A stretch of DNA of 64,000 nt, from positions 124,001 to 188,000 of the forward strand of contig BAAIJX010000012.1 in the NCBI GenBank assembly GCA_054600435.1, given 5' to 3'. The position numbers and the translations under genes were made by a program. Under the pieces are notes generated by a model. It did no database searches. It had not been told where the DNA came from and saw only the letters and a program-made list of their open reading frames with translations. Below, one piece after another: positions 12,769 to 25,052 of the stretch; position 1 is the first letter of the stretch, and the number at the start of each line of letters is the position of its first letter. The stretch comes from Neophaeotheca triangularis. Taxonomy: Eukaryota.

Positions 12769-13023
12769 TTAAGCACCGCCCTCCCTCTTGGCATACTCGT
12801 CCTCAATCCTCTCCTCATACAGCTTCTCTGCAGCCTCCTCGGCGCTCGTGCCCGGCTTTTCGGTGGTACCGACTTTGCTCTGTTGATTGCTAACTTCGGC
12901 AGCAGGAACGGAATCTTTGGGATATTGGTTCGTTGCTACGCTGCCAGCGACGGGTTCTCTGGTCTCGGAGTTGCTGGGGTTCTCGACCGTGGGGTTGGCG
13001 GTTGTGTGAGGGGCGGAGGCCAT
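12769..13023 (-). CDS. Small acidic conserved fungal hypothetical protein (84 aa)
   Basis: ATG in good context (CACAATGG). I recall the C-terminal motif AEKLYEERIEDEYAKREGGA from small ascomycete hypotheticals. Confidence 0.7.
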   Translation of the reverse strand: MASAPHTTANPTVENPSNSETREPVAGSVATNQYPKDSVPAAEVSNQQSKVGTTEKPGTSAEEAAEKLYEERIEDEYAKREGGA

Positions 13024-13602
13024 TGTGTTTTTACTAGATTCGGTTTGCGAGTGGTTGAAGGGTCTTTTGTAAGTCGTTTGGTGAGCAAGTCAGCTGTTGG
13101 GGAGTGGTCGTTGATGTCGGAGAATTGATGTTGCTTTCTAGATCTCTACTTACTGCCCAAGGGAACTTATCAGATCTTAGGTAGTGGGGCTTTACCACGA
13201 CGTCATGGAGGGGTTCGGCAGAAACCTGGAACGGATCAGGACGTTATCGTGATTTTGTGTAACGTCCATGTCAACACACACGAATTGGTCGAATGATAAT
13301 TTATGCATACAGTGAATTGGGCATCACTTGTATGATATTGACGCTGCAGTTGCATTATGCAGTGAAGGGTGCTCAAGACTCGATCAGAATACCCACCTAG
13401 GTATTCTGCTTCTCTTATCGAGAACCTTAAGGTCAAGATAAGGACAGACTTAGTCAGCAACCTGCATTAGCTCTTGCTGAATCGGGAAAGGTCGACTCGA
13501 GATTGTGACCTTCAACTTGAACTTCTGAGAGCCTCCACCAACTTTATCTCCCGCGCAAGCCAATGCGCATTGCTTCCTAGCACCGCGAAGGATTCCTACA
13601 CA

Positions 13603-16022
13603 ATGGCTAAGAAGAAGAACGCCGCGACTCAGGACTCACAGTCCTCGAGCTCAACACCAGCCCCACCACAACCCTCGAGTCTGAGCATATGCAGGAATAA
13701 GTAAGTATGTCACGTCCTTCCACTAACCGCTAGTCGGCTCGATTCGCTTCTGCAGGCTTTCTCTTGGACGTATGCTAACTGTTGCTCAGGCATTGGAAAT
13801 ACATCTCCTCCTACCATGGACCATGGCTGCAATTACCCGCCGAAATACTCGACCAGCTCGCCCACCAGAACTTCACTATGCCCGCGCCGCGCTTGATCGA
13901 TCCTGCAGTCTTTTACGATGTCGTAAAGATCCGAAAGGCGGTCGACGAAGCGTCTGAAGACTCCGTGCGCGCATCAACCGGCTTGTCGAACTCCGCGATG
14001 AATGGGCGCATGGATTATCTGGGCGCGGGAGGGGGAGGGGGTCAATTGAGTAAGGAAAGAGTATTCAGGATCCGGCAAAAGGCTGTCAAAAATCTGTCAA
14101 AGGCATTCACGTTGGATGAGGTTGCGGCGAGCGTTGCGAGTATGCAGGCTACATCAACAATTGAGGATGTCGGGTCGCATGTACTGAAGCGCGAACCGCA
14201 AAACATCGACGCGCTTTACGTCCATTTCTTTCACGAGAAGATTCCGTCACGAGCTATGGAACACTTTACGCCTCTGGAGCCACTGGATGATATTCTCGGA
14301 GCCTTACCAATTGAGATGAAGGCGCCTCAACTGCGGACGCGGGCTCTGGTGCAAAATTTCAAGCAGCAGTGGGAGGGTTCAGTCATTGATCTCACCAATG
14401 CGTTACGAATCGTGGAAGAGAACAAGAAGATGCATAAACCGAATCAGCAAGAGTTGGAATTGGCGAGCAAGATGCGCAGAGAGCGGGGGACCTGGAACGG
14501 AGGTCGCGACTGGAGGAACACCCCACAGCTGAAGGAAGAAGACCAACCGACAAGTCTAGAGCAACAGCTGCTGTTCAACCGTGGAGGAGTGTACTTGAAG
14601 CTGGCATGTCAAAGTGTGGATACTGCGCTGAATGGACTGAAGGAGTGTCTGGAGAAGCAGGAAGCCGGCGAGGCACTGGATGCGAGAGAGCAGGCTGAAC
14701 AGGCTGAGCGTTTGGAAGCGCGGAAGAAAGTCAGAGGCTACGCCAAGCGTGCCCTCAAAGATTACATGGGTTTCCTCTCATTCTTCGACTACACCCCTGG
14801 CCTGTCATTCGAGACTACCAACGAGATTATGCGTCGCGTGTACGACTTGGCGAACGGCAACAAGGTGCAGAAACCTTCCTCCTCCCAGAATCGCTTGACA
14901 GAGGTCGAAAGCAGTGACGAGGAGTCACTACCAAGCGATCACTTAGATCACTCCCTTGTCCAGACCAACGGTAATGGCGCAAAACAAAAGCCATCTACAT
15001 CTAACGACTACCCCCATATACCCGCTCCCAAAGTATACCCCACCAGTGCACTTTTCGCCGAAAAGCAACCCACAGATCTGCCTACTTTCCCTTCCGCGAA
15101 AATGACCGCAGCCATGCAATCTAACGATCAGACACCCGACCCCACCTTCAACAGCCGCGAAGCCGTAACCTACCATCCCTTACTCACAGACGCCCTCCAC
15201 TCTCTCCTCCTCTCCCACGCCCTCTGCCAAACCTCTCCAACCGAACACCTCCGCCACGCCCACAACGTCGCTCGCATCGCTCGCATCGCAGACGGCTACC
15301 CCATCTTCCAAGCCGCCCGCTCACCCGCCCGCGCCGACTGGATCGAAGTCCTTCGCCGCGCAAACAACTGGCTAGGCCTCTCCGTCAGCTGGCAGAAACT
15401 CTGCGCCCCGGCGCCTCTTCCCGACGAAGCGGGCGGCTGGGCCAAAGACAAAGCCGGGCAGTCTTCCACACTGACCAAGCGCGGCGGTGCGGCGGGCAGT
15501 CAGCGTAACGCAGGCGTGCCGCCGAAGGACGAGACGCCCGCTCAGAAGCGAGAGAGGATTAAGCAGGAGTCCATCCTCGATGCGCTCTCTGATGACAGAG
15601 TTGTGGACGAGGAGTCTTTCAATCGTGCCGTGCGCGCCAGGGAGCGAAGGGCCATGGACGATGAAGAGGGGCTCTCAGGTCCGCTGAGAGACCGCGCCCC
15701 GGACTCTTCAAACCTCTCCTCCCCTATCAACATCGGCAGTGCCGAGGACAGCCCTGTTCTCACCCCGGCTGACAAGGAGCAGCCCAAGAGGTGGGCGCAG
15801 GAGGAAGGCGCTAGGGAGTATCCTATCAGTACTGACCGGGCCGAGGCGGTCGTGAGGTGGATCAAAGAGGCACCGGTTAGTATTCCTGGCACTGGGACGA
15901 AGAAGAAGAGGAGGCCTGCGAGGAAGAGGGCGCCAGTTGCGAATGGGCGTGGAGTTGCTGAGGCTGTAGGACAGATGAATTTGGATGGCGGTGTAGAGCA
16001 GCAGGAGGAGGGCCCGGACTGA
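13603..16022 (+). CDS. Conserved Pezizomycotina hypothetical protein (helical/TPR-like middle); exons 13603-13700, 13790-16022
   Basis: SLSICRNK|HWKYISSYHGPWLQLP junction via intron GTAAGT..CTAAC..CAG. Conserved-looking blocks LDEVAASVASMQ, YVHFFHEKIPSR, TYHPLLTDALHSLLL and DGYPIFQAARSPARADWIEV. Confidence 0.85.
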
Positions 16023-16869
16023 AATTGCACTTGCAGTCAATGCGATGCCTAAGCTTACCAAAGCCCAGTGGTCAAAAGGTGCATGCCCCTGAACCCGACG
16101 GAACGTATGTAGGTCTCGCTCAAGGGAGTGTGTACGCTATCGGCTACTACGATCTTTCGTCAAATCCTACCGTCCCTAGCGTAAGCATTGTGAGCATTGT
16201 CGAAATCGTTGACAGTCGAGAAAGATTATGCGTTGATATAGTTTATCAAGCGTGTTACCGGCTTGAACGGTTAATAACGCCCTTTCGAAAGCCAAACTAG
16301 ACTAACCCTGGTGGCAGATTACAAGCCTTGAGACCAAATTGTCACTTCCTCAGTGATCTAACATACGCAACGCGGGTGTATATGTTGAGTTGTACGTTCG
16401 GATCTGTTCGATGCTTCAATCTCTTGCCATACCACCACTATAGCTCGGAATTCTACAAAAAGGCTGTATACTAGCGTCACGCAAACGCAGCCAATGAAGC
16501 GCCGGCTTTCTTGACTACACCTCGACTTTACGGAGTCGTAACAGCAGTAATCACACTTGGGTAACAAAATGTCGGTAGTAGTATTGCCAATATCTCAAAA
16601 TGTTTGGTCCCATGTCTGATACATCATTAACACATTGATGACTTCCGAAATCGAGTCTTGTCCATTAGCGAACGGGGCAGTGCACGATGATGCAGCTCAA
16701 GCCAAGCTACTCGTAGCTCATCGAGGCACTTTCCAAGGTTACTCTACTATGACCGAGAAACACTACTTACAAACACTACACAACAATCCTCATTCATCAA
16801 AGTCTCACCCACTCTACATTGCCCCGGTAATACTGTATAGATTTCAGCAGCGAACTTTTCACAGGGACG

Positions 16870-17697
16870 ATGACTAGAAACAAGCCCCATTTCGGCCCTG
16901 GTGTCCACGCCACCCAAGAGCAGGCAGGATACGGCCAAATTTCAGCCATTACTACACCCGACCAAGCGCAGAAAGCGTTCGATCCCTCTCAAGAACCTGG
17001 CCCGTCAAGTGATACTTCCGATACCCAGCAGAATGCGACCTCTGGACCCCCATCACAAGGTGGCGAACAACAGCAACCCACGCCAGCCCCCGGCAAGGGC
17101 AGCCCAGAAACTCTCTACACTTCATACATCGAACAACGACAGGGCTGTGGCTTCGAAGCTCCCAAAAGCAGCAGCAATGAGAAAGCATTCAAATCACACT
17201 TCAACGACACCACCAACACCACCACCGCGGCCGCTCAATCCCGACCCCAGGATTCGCCACCCAAATCGCAGAACCAAGCACGCCGCAAAGTCCCCGGATC
17301 GGGCGAGATGCAGCCTTCGCGACCCCTCAACAGGCTCGGAAGACTCGACGCCCCGGTCGCGGCTAAGAACCCCCAAGTCAAAGCCGGCAACTTCCACGCC
17401 AGCTCGCGCAACATGCGCCTGGAAGCCGGCCGCTACCTCGTCGCCGACTGCGCCGATCGCCGCGGCAACCACCACGAGTCCATGATCGACCTCAACGACT
17501 GCTTGACCAACACCATGGGCAAGGTGCTCTGGGCGAGGGGCGGGAATTTCAGGGCTTCGGCCCGGAATGTCAAGCTGGAGGAGAATGGAGCTGTGTTGGT
17601 TTGTGAAGCTGGTAATGGGTCGGGAGGGTGGACGAAGAGCACGGTGCGCTTGGGCGAGAGGATCACGAATGAGAACGGGGTGCTGAAGATGTCGTGA
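16870..17697 (+). CDS. Cyanovirin-N homolog (CVNH) domain protein with disordered N-terminus
   Basis: The C-terminal ~100 aa has two CVNH half-repeats: GNFHASSRNMRL...IDLNDCLTNTMG and GGNFRASARNVKL...VRLGERITNENGVL. Confidence 0.88.
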   Translation: MTRNKPHFGPGVHATQEQAGYGQISAITTPDQAQKAFDPSQEPGPSSDTSDTQQNATSGPPSQGGEQQQPTPAPGKGSPETLYTSYIEQRQGCGFEAPKSSSNEKAFKSHFNDTTNTTTAAAQSRPQDSPPKSQNQARRKVPGSGEMQPSRPLNRLGRLDAPVAAKNPQVKAGNFHASSRNMRLEAGRYLVADCADRRGNHHESMIDLNDCLTNTMGKVLWARGGNFRASARNVKLEENGAVLVCEAGNGSGGWTKSTVRLGERITNENGVLKMS

Positions 17698-17914
17698 GCA
17701 TGGCTTGGGTTTCGGCTACTAGGAGTCTGGGAATTCGTGGATGTTTTCGGGGTTCGTTATGTAGAAACGCTGAAATGAACATGCCGACACAGAGCTGATC
17801 TGATTTGAAAGAAGAAAGAGACGGTGCTACTGTACGATCTGGACGATGGCTGGGACTGAGATGGCTACCACAAGTAGAAAAATTCGACTGAAAAGAAAAA
17901 AAAAAAGAGCAAAA

Positions 17915-18033
17915 ACATACGACAGGTGGGATTCCCACGTGGTCACCCACCGTAGTACTAGTCACCCGCTTCAGTGCTTGAATATGGCAGAGCGGACGGG
18001 ATGCCTTAGATTCACTGAGCTATGGTCGTATGT
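17915..18033 (-). rRNA. 5S rRNA gene (dispersed copy, 119 nt)
   Basis: Minus strand reads ACATACGACCATAG...CATCCCGTCCGCTCTGCC...TAGTACTACGGTGGGTGACCACGTGGGAATCCCACCTGTCGTATGT. The termini are complementary, a Pol III T-run follows, and a TTATAA element lies about 25-29 nt upstream. Confidence 0.96.
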
Positions 18034-18694
18034 ACTTACCTCTAGTGCTTTAACGATTATAACCTTTGACAAAACCCACATATTCGCCTTTGCTTTACAA
18101 CGTTGATATACTTCAAACTTAAAAATCGACACGTTAAGTAGACGCCTCGCGACACCTGACTAAGAGCATCGTCTATATCACTGTTCGTCAGCCTACTATC
18201 GTAGCTTTCTTGAGTCCTTTAAAAGCTCTTTACAGCTTAATACGCGAGAGCATAAGGTACTCGCCCCGACGACGACTCGGAAGCGCCCTGCGACTGGGTT
18301 ACAGTAGAGACTCTTCTCGTAGTTTGGAAGCCTGTTTGAGTGCACAACCACCTCCATGCACAACAAAGCGGAATAGGACGACTCGAAAATTGACGATAGA
18401 CAGGCTCGGATATGACAAAACAAACGACAACACATGAATGCAAAGTGTTTAATTCCTATGTGCCGTTAAGTCATGATAATTTAAGCTGGCAGCGCTGTCC
18501 TGCACAATATATGCGAATCGCATGCGTTCCTCCAGCCCTGTGCCCAGAAACCGAGAAAGAAGGGTATCATTTTGTCTCCAAAAAAAAAAGAAAGACTTCG
18601 CTCGTCCGACCAACGCCTTGAAATGCAAAACCACGCTTCCCTCCCTTTTTGTGCAACACATGTTGTTAAAACATTCTCACACCACCCTCCATAC

Positions 18695-21600
18695 TCACAA
18701 GCCAGTAATCTTCTGGAACCAGCTTTGCCTCTTGCCGGGCATCTCCGGTCTGCCGTCGAAAGCTCTCACGGGGCCGCCGCCGACGTAGCCATCTGAGTAG
18801 CCATCTGCATGAACGGGGGCGCCGCGGCTTCGGCGATCGCCCGCGCTTCCCCCACTGCTGCCGCCCTCGCGTCTGCTATCGTGCCTTCTCGGCCTGCGCC
18901 CGCCATCACCGTCGATAGTCCCTTCCTTCGCCCTGCGCTTCTTATGCCTCAGCTCCCGAGCAGTGAGCTCATCGAGAGGATCGGGAGCCTGGTCGTTGCC
19001 GAAATGAACTGGGGCGTCGATGATTGTGCCCTCGACAGGTGGTGGTGGCGGAGGCTCCTCGCTCAGCGAGTTGACCCACGAGGCGGTCTTGTCACTTCCT
19101 TTGGGCTTAGGGACCGGCGCACCGTCAGCGGGAGCAGTCGCGACGCCGTCCTCGTACGGGTGATGCTCACCATTGCGCTTGTCAAAGTAGTCACCCGCTG
19201 GTGCCGGGTAGTCGGAACGTCTGCGCGAAGCGCGAGGACGTTCTTTGTCGGCCGGGGCGTCCCCAGCACCCCGGCGCGTACGTCGCTCTTCGCGTCGGAT
19301 CCTGCGCGCCTCTTCATCTTCTGCACCCGCATCGACATGAGATCGTCTACGGTCGGGCTTTGGCCGAGACGCTGCGTCGTCTGCGCCACGAGTCCTCTCC
19401 TTCTCACGACGGCGCTCGCGACGCTCAGCATCCTTGGCTTCCTGCTCGCGCATATGCCGCTCTTCCAAAGCATGGCGAGCCTCACGCTCCGCGCGACGGG
19501 CTTCGCGACGGGCTTCGCGGTCCTTTTCTTCCTCACCCGCACGTTCTTCGCGAACACGATCTTTGTCGCCACGGTGACGTCCAGACGTTGCTCCCTTCTC
19601 GGCAGCTTCAACGCGATTCCTGCGAGCCCTACGCTCCGCCCTACGAGCTTCCTTGGCTTCTGGGTCCTCCACGTCGGTGACAGGTGCAGCGTCGGCACCG
19701 CCATCAGCATCGGCGGGCTTTCGCGGTCGGTTGAATTTGCGATCTTCCCGGCGGAGGCGCTTGGCCCCGTCATCGTCGTAAGCAGAACCTCGCTTGCGGC
19801 GGGGCATACCGTCTTCGCTCTCGTAAGCCTTGCTGGAGTGACGCTCAGGCCCCGGTCGAGCCGAGAAGGCGCCTAGTATGCCTCCCATGATACCACCCTT
19901 TTTCGCGCTCGACATGGAGCGTTTGACGGGCGAGGGCTTCTCCACGAAAGCAAGATCGTCGGGCCCGGACATGACCTTGCCATCCTCGTTCGGCCCAGGC
20001 GCATCGACCATGACTGCGTCGCCATCGGGACCGATACCACCAGACATGTAAGTGGAGTCGCGTTTCGACTTGCGATGCCTGTCCTTTTTGCGGCCCGGCG
20101 CATCATGCGGAGGCACATCCTTCCCAACATTCTCCGGACCATCGACAATCACCATGTCGTCGCTGTCAATGGCGTACGGATCAGGCACCTTGCGGGACTT
20201 GGGCTTGTCACGCGTCGACATACTTCGACCGGGAGTCAGACCCATCACCTTCGCAGCCTTGGCGGCCATGTCTTTAGCCTTGCGTTCACCTTCGGGTGGC
20301 GGCGATATCAAGCCAGAGTCATCGACAGCAGTTGAGTGTCGGCGCGAGCTGGGCTTCATCGATGGCCTGGCTGGTTTGGATGACGAAGGCGGTGGGCCCA
20401 CGCCGAACATACCACCGAGGCTCATACCTCTAGAAGGGCCCGGACGCGATCTGGCCTTACTGTCTTTCTCAGAGCCAGAAGATCGAGAGGCTTTGTCGAG
20501 AGGATCGCGTTCCGTAGCTTTCCGTGACGACTTGGAGCGTGATAGTCCTGGGGCCGCAGATCGATCTTTAGTAGGAGACTCGCCCTTGGACCTGCGTTCC
20601 TTCTTCGGCGGCTCTTCTTTGGCTGGCGCAGAACCCCAGAAGCCCCATGAAGATTGACCTTGGTCGCGCACGACTTTGGGTCGCTCTTTCTTGTTGGACT
20701 TACGGTCTCGATCGTCCCTGGAAGATCGCTCGGGTGGAGGCGTAGGCATCTGGCCGGCGTGGTCGTCGAACCCACCGTCCGCAGGTGGCGCGGACGGCAT
20801 GTCAACATCCTCGGTTTTGGTAGCTCGCTTCGACTTTGAACTCGACTTCTTATCCTTGCTCGAAGACTTCTTCTCAGCGGGAGGAGCCATATCAGCAGCT
20901 GGGGCTGGTTCAGGTGGCGCGAAGTAAGCAGCTTCGTCGGGGAATCCTCCGGGTATGGGGGTGTGGGCGGAGGAAGGCACTGGCATGGGCTCGACAGGCG
21001 GCGGAGGTGGCGGCGAGGCTTCCTTCTTGTCCTTTTTGGAAGACTTGCTTTTCTTCGACTTCTTCTCGTCTTCGAAAGGAGGTTCGTCGGGTACGGGGTC
21101 CGCTTCTGGAAGTGGGGGCGGGCTTAGAGGCGCGTCTTTGGACTTTGAAGATTTCTTGGCAGCTTCAGCTTCGGTCTTACCACCTTGCAATGCTTTGATG
21201 CGATCTTGGATACTTCCGCCTTTTGATGCCGTCTTGGACTTGCTGGAAGACTTCGGAGGGGATGCAGATGGCTCGAGTTGTTCGTCGCCCATGTTGACTT
21301 CTGGCATCTTCGGCTGATCCATAAGCGAGGCATTCTCATTGGCCCACGGGTCATTGCCAATTTCCTTTGCGGGAGTGGCTTTTTTGGAAGATTTGAGCGA
21401 TGCACCCCAGAAACCCCAACCATCCGCCTTTGCGGGCTCGGCCGGTTCTTCGACAATGTCCGCAATGGCATCTTCGGGGGCTTCTCCGACTGGCTCGGCA
21501 ACAGGATCCGGTTCTTTGCTTGCCGTCTTCGAAGTCTTGTCGCCCTTCTTCTTCTTGTCTTTTGACGATTTCTTGGTCGCGGGAGCTTCGTCGACAACTT

Positions 21601-24600
21601 CGAGTATCTCGTTCGGATCGTCGTTCAACGCGGTGGCAAAGGCGTCCTCGTCGGCTTTCCTTTGGGCTTCCGCGGCTTCGGCTTCGGCGGCTTCGGCGGC
21701 TTCCTTTTCCTCCTTCTCCTTCTTCTTCGCCTCCTTCTCCTTCTCCTTCTCCTTCTCCTTACTCGACTTCGAGGTGGACTTGCTGCCGCCGAACAAGCCC
21801 CAACCAGACGACGATTTCTCCTTCTTTTTTTCCTCCTTCGGAGAGGACGGTTTCGCCTCAGGCTCAGGCGGCGGCGGAGGAGCGCCTTCGTCCACAATGT
21901 CAACGATGTCATCTGGGCTTTCCTTTGAGTCTTTGGACTTGGTCTTGGAAAGCTTTGAGTCGTCGACGGAAGGCACTTCGTTGGCAGACAAACCGCGACT
22001 CAAGGCGCTCTTCTTGTTCTTCTTGTCTTTCTTGCTGGTCGTCCCGAAACTCCAAGGATCTTCGGCAGGCGGAGGGGCTGGGGGTTCACCAACGTCAACT
22101 AGATCATTAGGCTGACCGGCATCAACGTCGATGATTTGATCGTCAAACCCACCATCAGGTGGCGTCGAGGCTGGAGGCGGAGTAGGATCTAGCAGGCCGC
22201 CCTTCTTGCCCTTCTTCTTGTCCTTTTTACCTACGCTCCACGACCCCCAAGCATCGTCCTCAGCAGATTTGTCTTGCACAGACTCGGGCTGGAGCGCATC
22301 TGGGGAGGGTTCAGTGACTTCAACAATGCCCTTTGACTTGTCCTTCTTCTTGTCCTTTTTTTTCGTCCCGGTGGCCCAGCCGCCAAAGTCGTCTTCGCCG
22401 TCCGCTTTGGGTTCTTCCACGCCAGCGGGCATTGTGAACTCATCCATTGGAGGCTCCTCAGGTGGAGCAGGTGGTGGAGGCGCAGGCTCAGGCTCGGCGT
22501 TCTTGCCCTTTTTCTTCTTGTCTTTCTTGGAAGTTGCGCCGAATCCAAACGACCAGTCGTTGCTGGGCTCGGGAGCTGGCTCAGGAGCTGGTGGTTCTGG
22601 TTCCGCAGGTGGCGGCGGAGGGGCAGGTGGGGACTCGGCCACGGCGCCCTTCTTGCCCTTCTTCTTCTTGCCAGTAGCAGTAGCGCCCCAACCATCCCCG
22701 AAGAAGTCATCTTGCTCTGCAGGCGCGGGAGGTGGCGGCGGAGGCTCATCCACAGTAGGTTCTTCCGCAGGCGCGCCCCAGTCGAACGTGCCACCCTTCT
22801 TCTTGTCCTTCTTGCTCATGCCCCAACCTCCCCCAAAATCGTCCACCGGATCTTCGGCTGGTGGGGGCTCGGGTGCGGCTGGCTCTTCCACCGGAAGGCC
22901 ACCGTTCTTGGCCGCCTTCTTCGCCTTCTTCTTGTCCTTTGCAGACATGCCAAAAGCCGCCCAAGTATCCTCTTCCGGTGGTTTCTCCGGCGCAGCTGGC
23001 GGCTCGGGCTCCGGTTCCGGCTCAGGTATAACTGGTTCAGGCTCAGGTGGAGGTGGTGGTGGCTCTGGCTCCCCCTTGCCTTTCTTCTTCTTCTTGTCCT
23101 TTTTAGACGTCACAGCACCAAAGGCACCCCAGCCATCGTCTTCCTCCTTCTTTTCTTCGGCTGGTGCTGGGGGTGGAGGTGGAGGCTCTTCAACTGGCGT
23201 TGGAGCTTCGGGCTCGTCCCACGGAGAAGGAGCAAATGCAGCGCCTTTCTTCTTCTTCTTGTCTTTCTTCGAGGTAGCAACGCCGAACCCTCCCCATGAA
23301 TCTTCCTCTGGTGGCTTCGGGGCTTCGGCAGCAGGCGCCGCTGCAGCGTCTCCGGCAGCGTCGTCTAAACCAAAGTCGAAAGCGCCGGCGTTCTTCTTCT
23401 TCTTGTCCTTTTTGGAAGTTGCCGTGAAGCCCCAGCCGTCATCTGCTTGCTCAGCCGCAGGTTCATTCGCGCCAGAAAAGCCCCAACCGCCGCCGCTGTT
23501 GCCACCAGATGCGCCGAAACCGTCGCCCCAGCCTCCGTTGCCTCCCCCAAACCCAAAGCCCTTGCTGTCTGCTTTCGCGCCGCCTCCAAAGTCGAGGGAA
23601 TCGAGCTGGGGAGCAGCTTTGTCGTCGTTGAGGCTAACGTCGTCAAATTTCATGTCGTTGTCCGGGGCGGCGGGAGCAGGTTCGTTCTGTGATTATATAC
23701 TAATTAGCCATGCGGGGCGGTCTGCTTAGTGCGAAGATTTGCGATGCGACGCGATGCGACAAGACGAGACGAGACGGTCAGTACTAGTAGGCGACAGCTC
23801 GGATGAGCGAGGTCTTCCGTCCCGTAAAGGCTAGATCTGAGAATGCACATGGCTAGAGATTGCGGGGTTTTGAGCTTCTAGCCTCGAGCTTCGAAAGCCA
23901 CGAGAGCGGTAAAGCTCGTAATAACGACCAAGATGATAATATGCAAGATCGCGAGGAAACAGAGAATGACCTTACCTTTCCCTTCTTGCCCTTTTTCTTC
24001 TTGCCAGCCGTAGCGAAACCACCCCACTCGTCGTCCATGTTGGCCTCTGTCGCTGGCGCCGGGTCTCCGCCTCCTCCAAGATCGACGTTGTCCATTGGAG
24101 GTTCCGGCTCTGGCTCTGGTGGCGGAGGCTCAGGTTCTGCTTTGCCCTTCTTACCTTTCTTACCCTTCTTGCCGCCCGCTGGCGCAAAAGACCCCCATTC
24201 GTCGTCGGGGTTTGCAGCCGGGGGGTCTCCACCACCAGCGTCACCAGCACCAGCAGCTTCCTCCTCAGCCTTCTTAGCTTCCTCCTCCTCCTTCTTCTCC
24301 TGCTCTTCAAACTCTTCCCAAGCGTTCTTCTTCTTTTTCTTCTTGTCCTTTTTGCTGGTCTTGCCGAAACCCCAGTCATCACCATCATCACCACCACCAC
24401 CGTCACCTGGAGGGTCCCCTCCCGCTCCGTCAGCATCCCCTCCCCCACCAGCGTTATCACCGCCTTCGCCCCCCTCACCGCCCTCTTCCTTCTTCTCGCC
24501 ATCGTCGTCGTCGTTGAATTTACTCATCTGAGCAGCTTTTGCCTGCTTCTTCGCCTTCTTGCCGGCATGCGAACGAACGTTTCCAGTGTCAGTAAAATCA

Positions 24601-25052
24601 ATCTCAACGTATGAGTCGAATGGCTTCGATGCAGGCCGACGAGACGGTGCGGAGGGCAGTGCATCTTTGCCAGCGTCCAACGCATTTGCGGTTGGCAATT
24701 GGGTGCAAGCCAGAGCGTCTGTTGCATTGTAGTCCGGTGGAAGATCGCTAATGGCATCGTCGTAGGTTGGCGGTGGAAATAGGTCCAGCGTCCGTACGCT
24801 GTCATCGGTCTGACACTCGCTGGCTGCAGACTGCTGCCAGCGAGAAGCGACACTAGACTTCCCAGCAAACGTCTTCGTCCAACGAGAGAAGGCCCAATGT
24901 CTCTCCCACAGGGTTGCCAGAGCCCCGATACGCTGCTTTAACCCATCTCGAAGCGCGAGTTCATCCGACCCAGTCCTCAGTGGCCGGTATGCGTGCCGGA
25001 GCCTTTCGCTTGCAAGGGGGTCTCCGGTGTATATAGTGACAGCAACTGCCAT
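18695..25052 (-). CDS. Large low-complexity repeat protein (~2020 aa; acidic-WGxF-poly-Lys and Pro/Glu repeats); exons 25052-23976, 23686-18695
   Basis: The 399-aa and 1652-aa ORFs share the same repeat unit and join in phase 0 through intron GTAAGG..CTAAT..CAG (23975-23687). Confidence 0.85.

Noticed and set aside
22206..24531. Long + strand ORFs (507 aa, 223 aa) rich in Phe/Gly/Ser
   Set aside because: Antisense mirror of the Lys/Pro/Glu repeat gene; low-complexity codons lack antisense stops.
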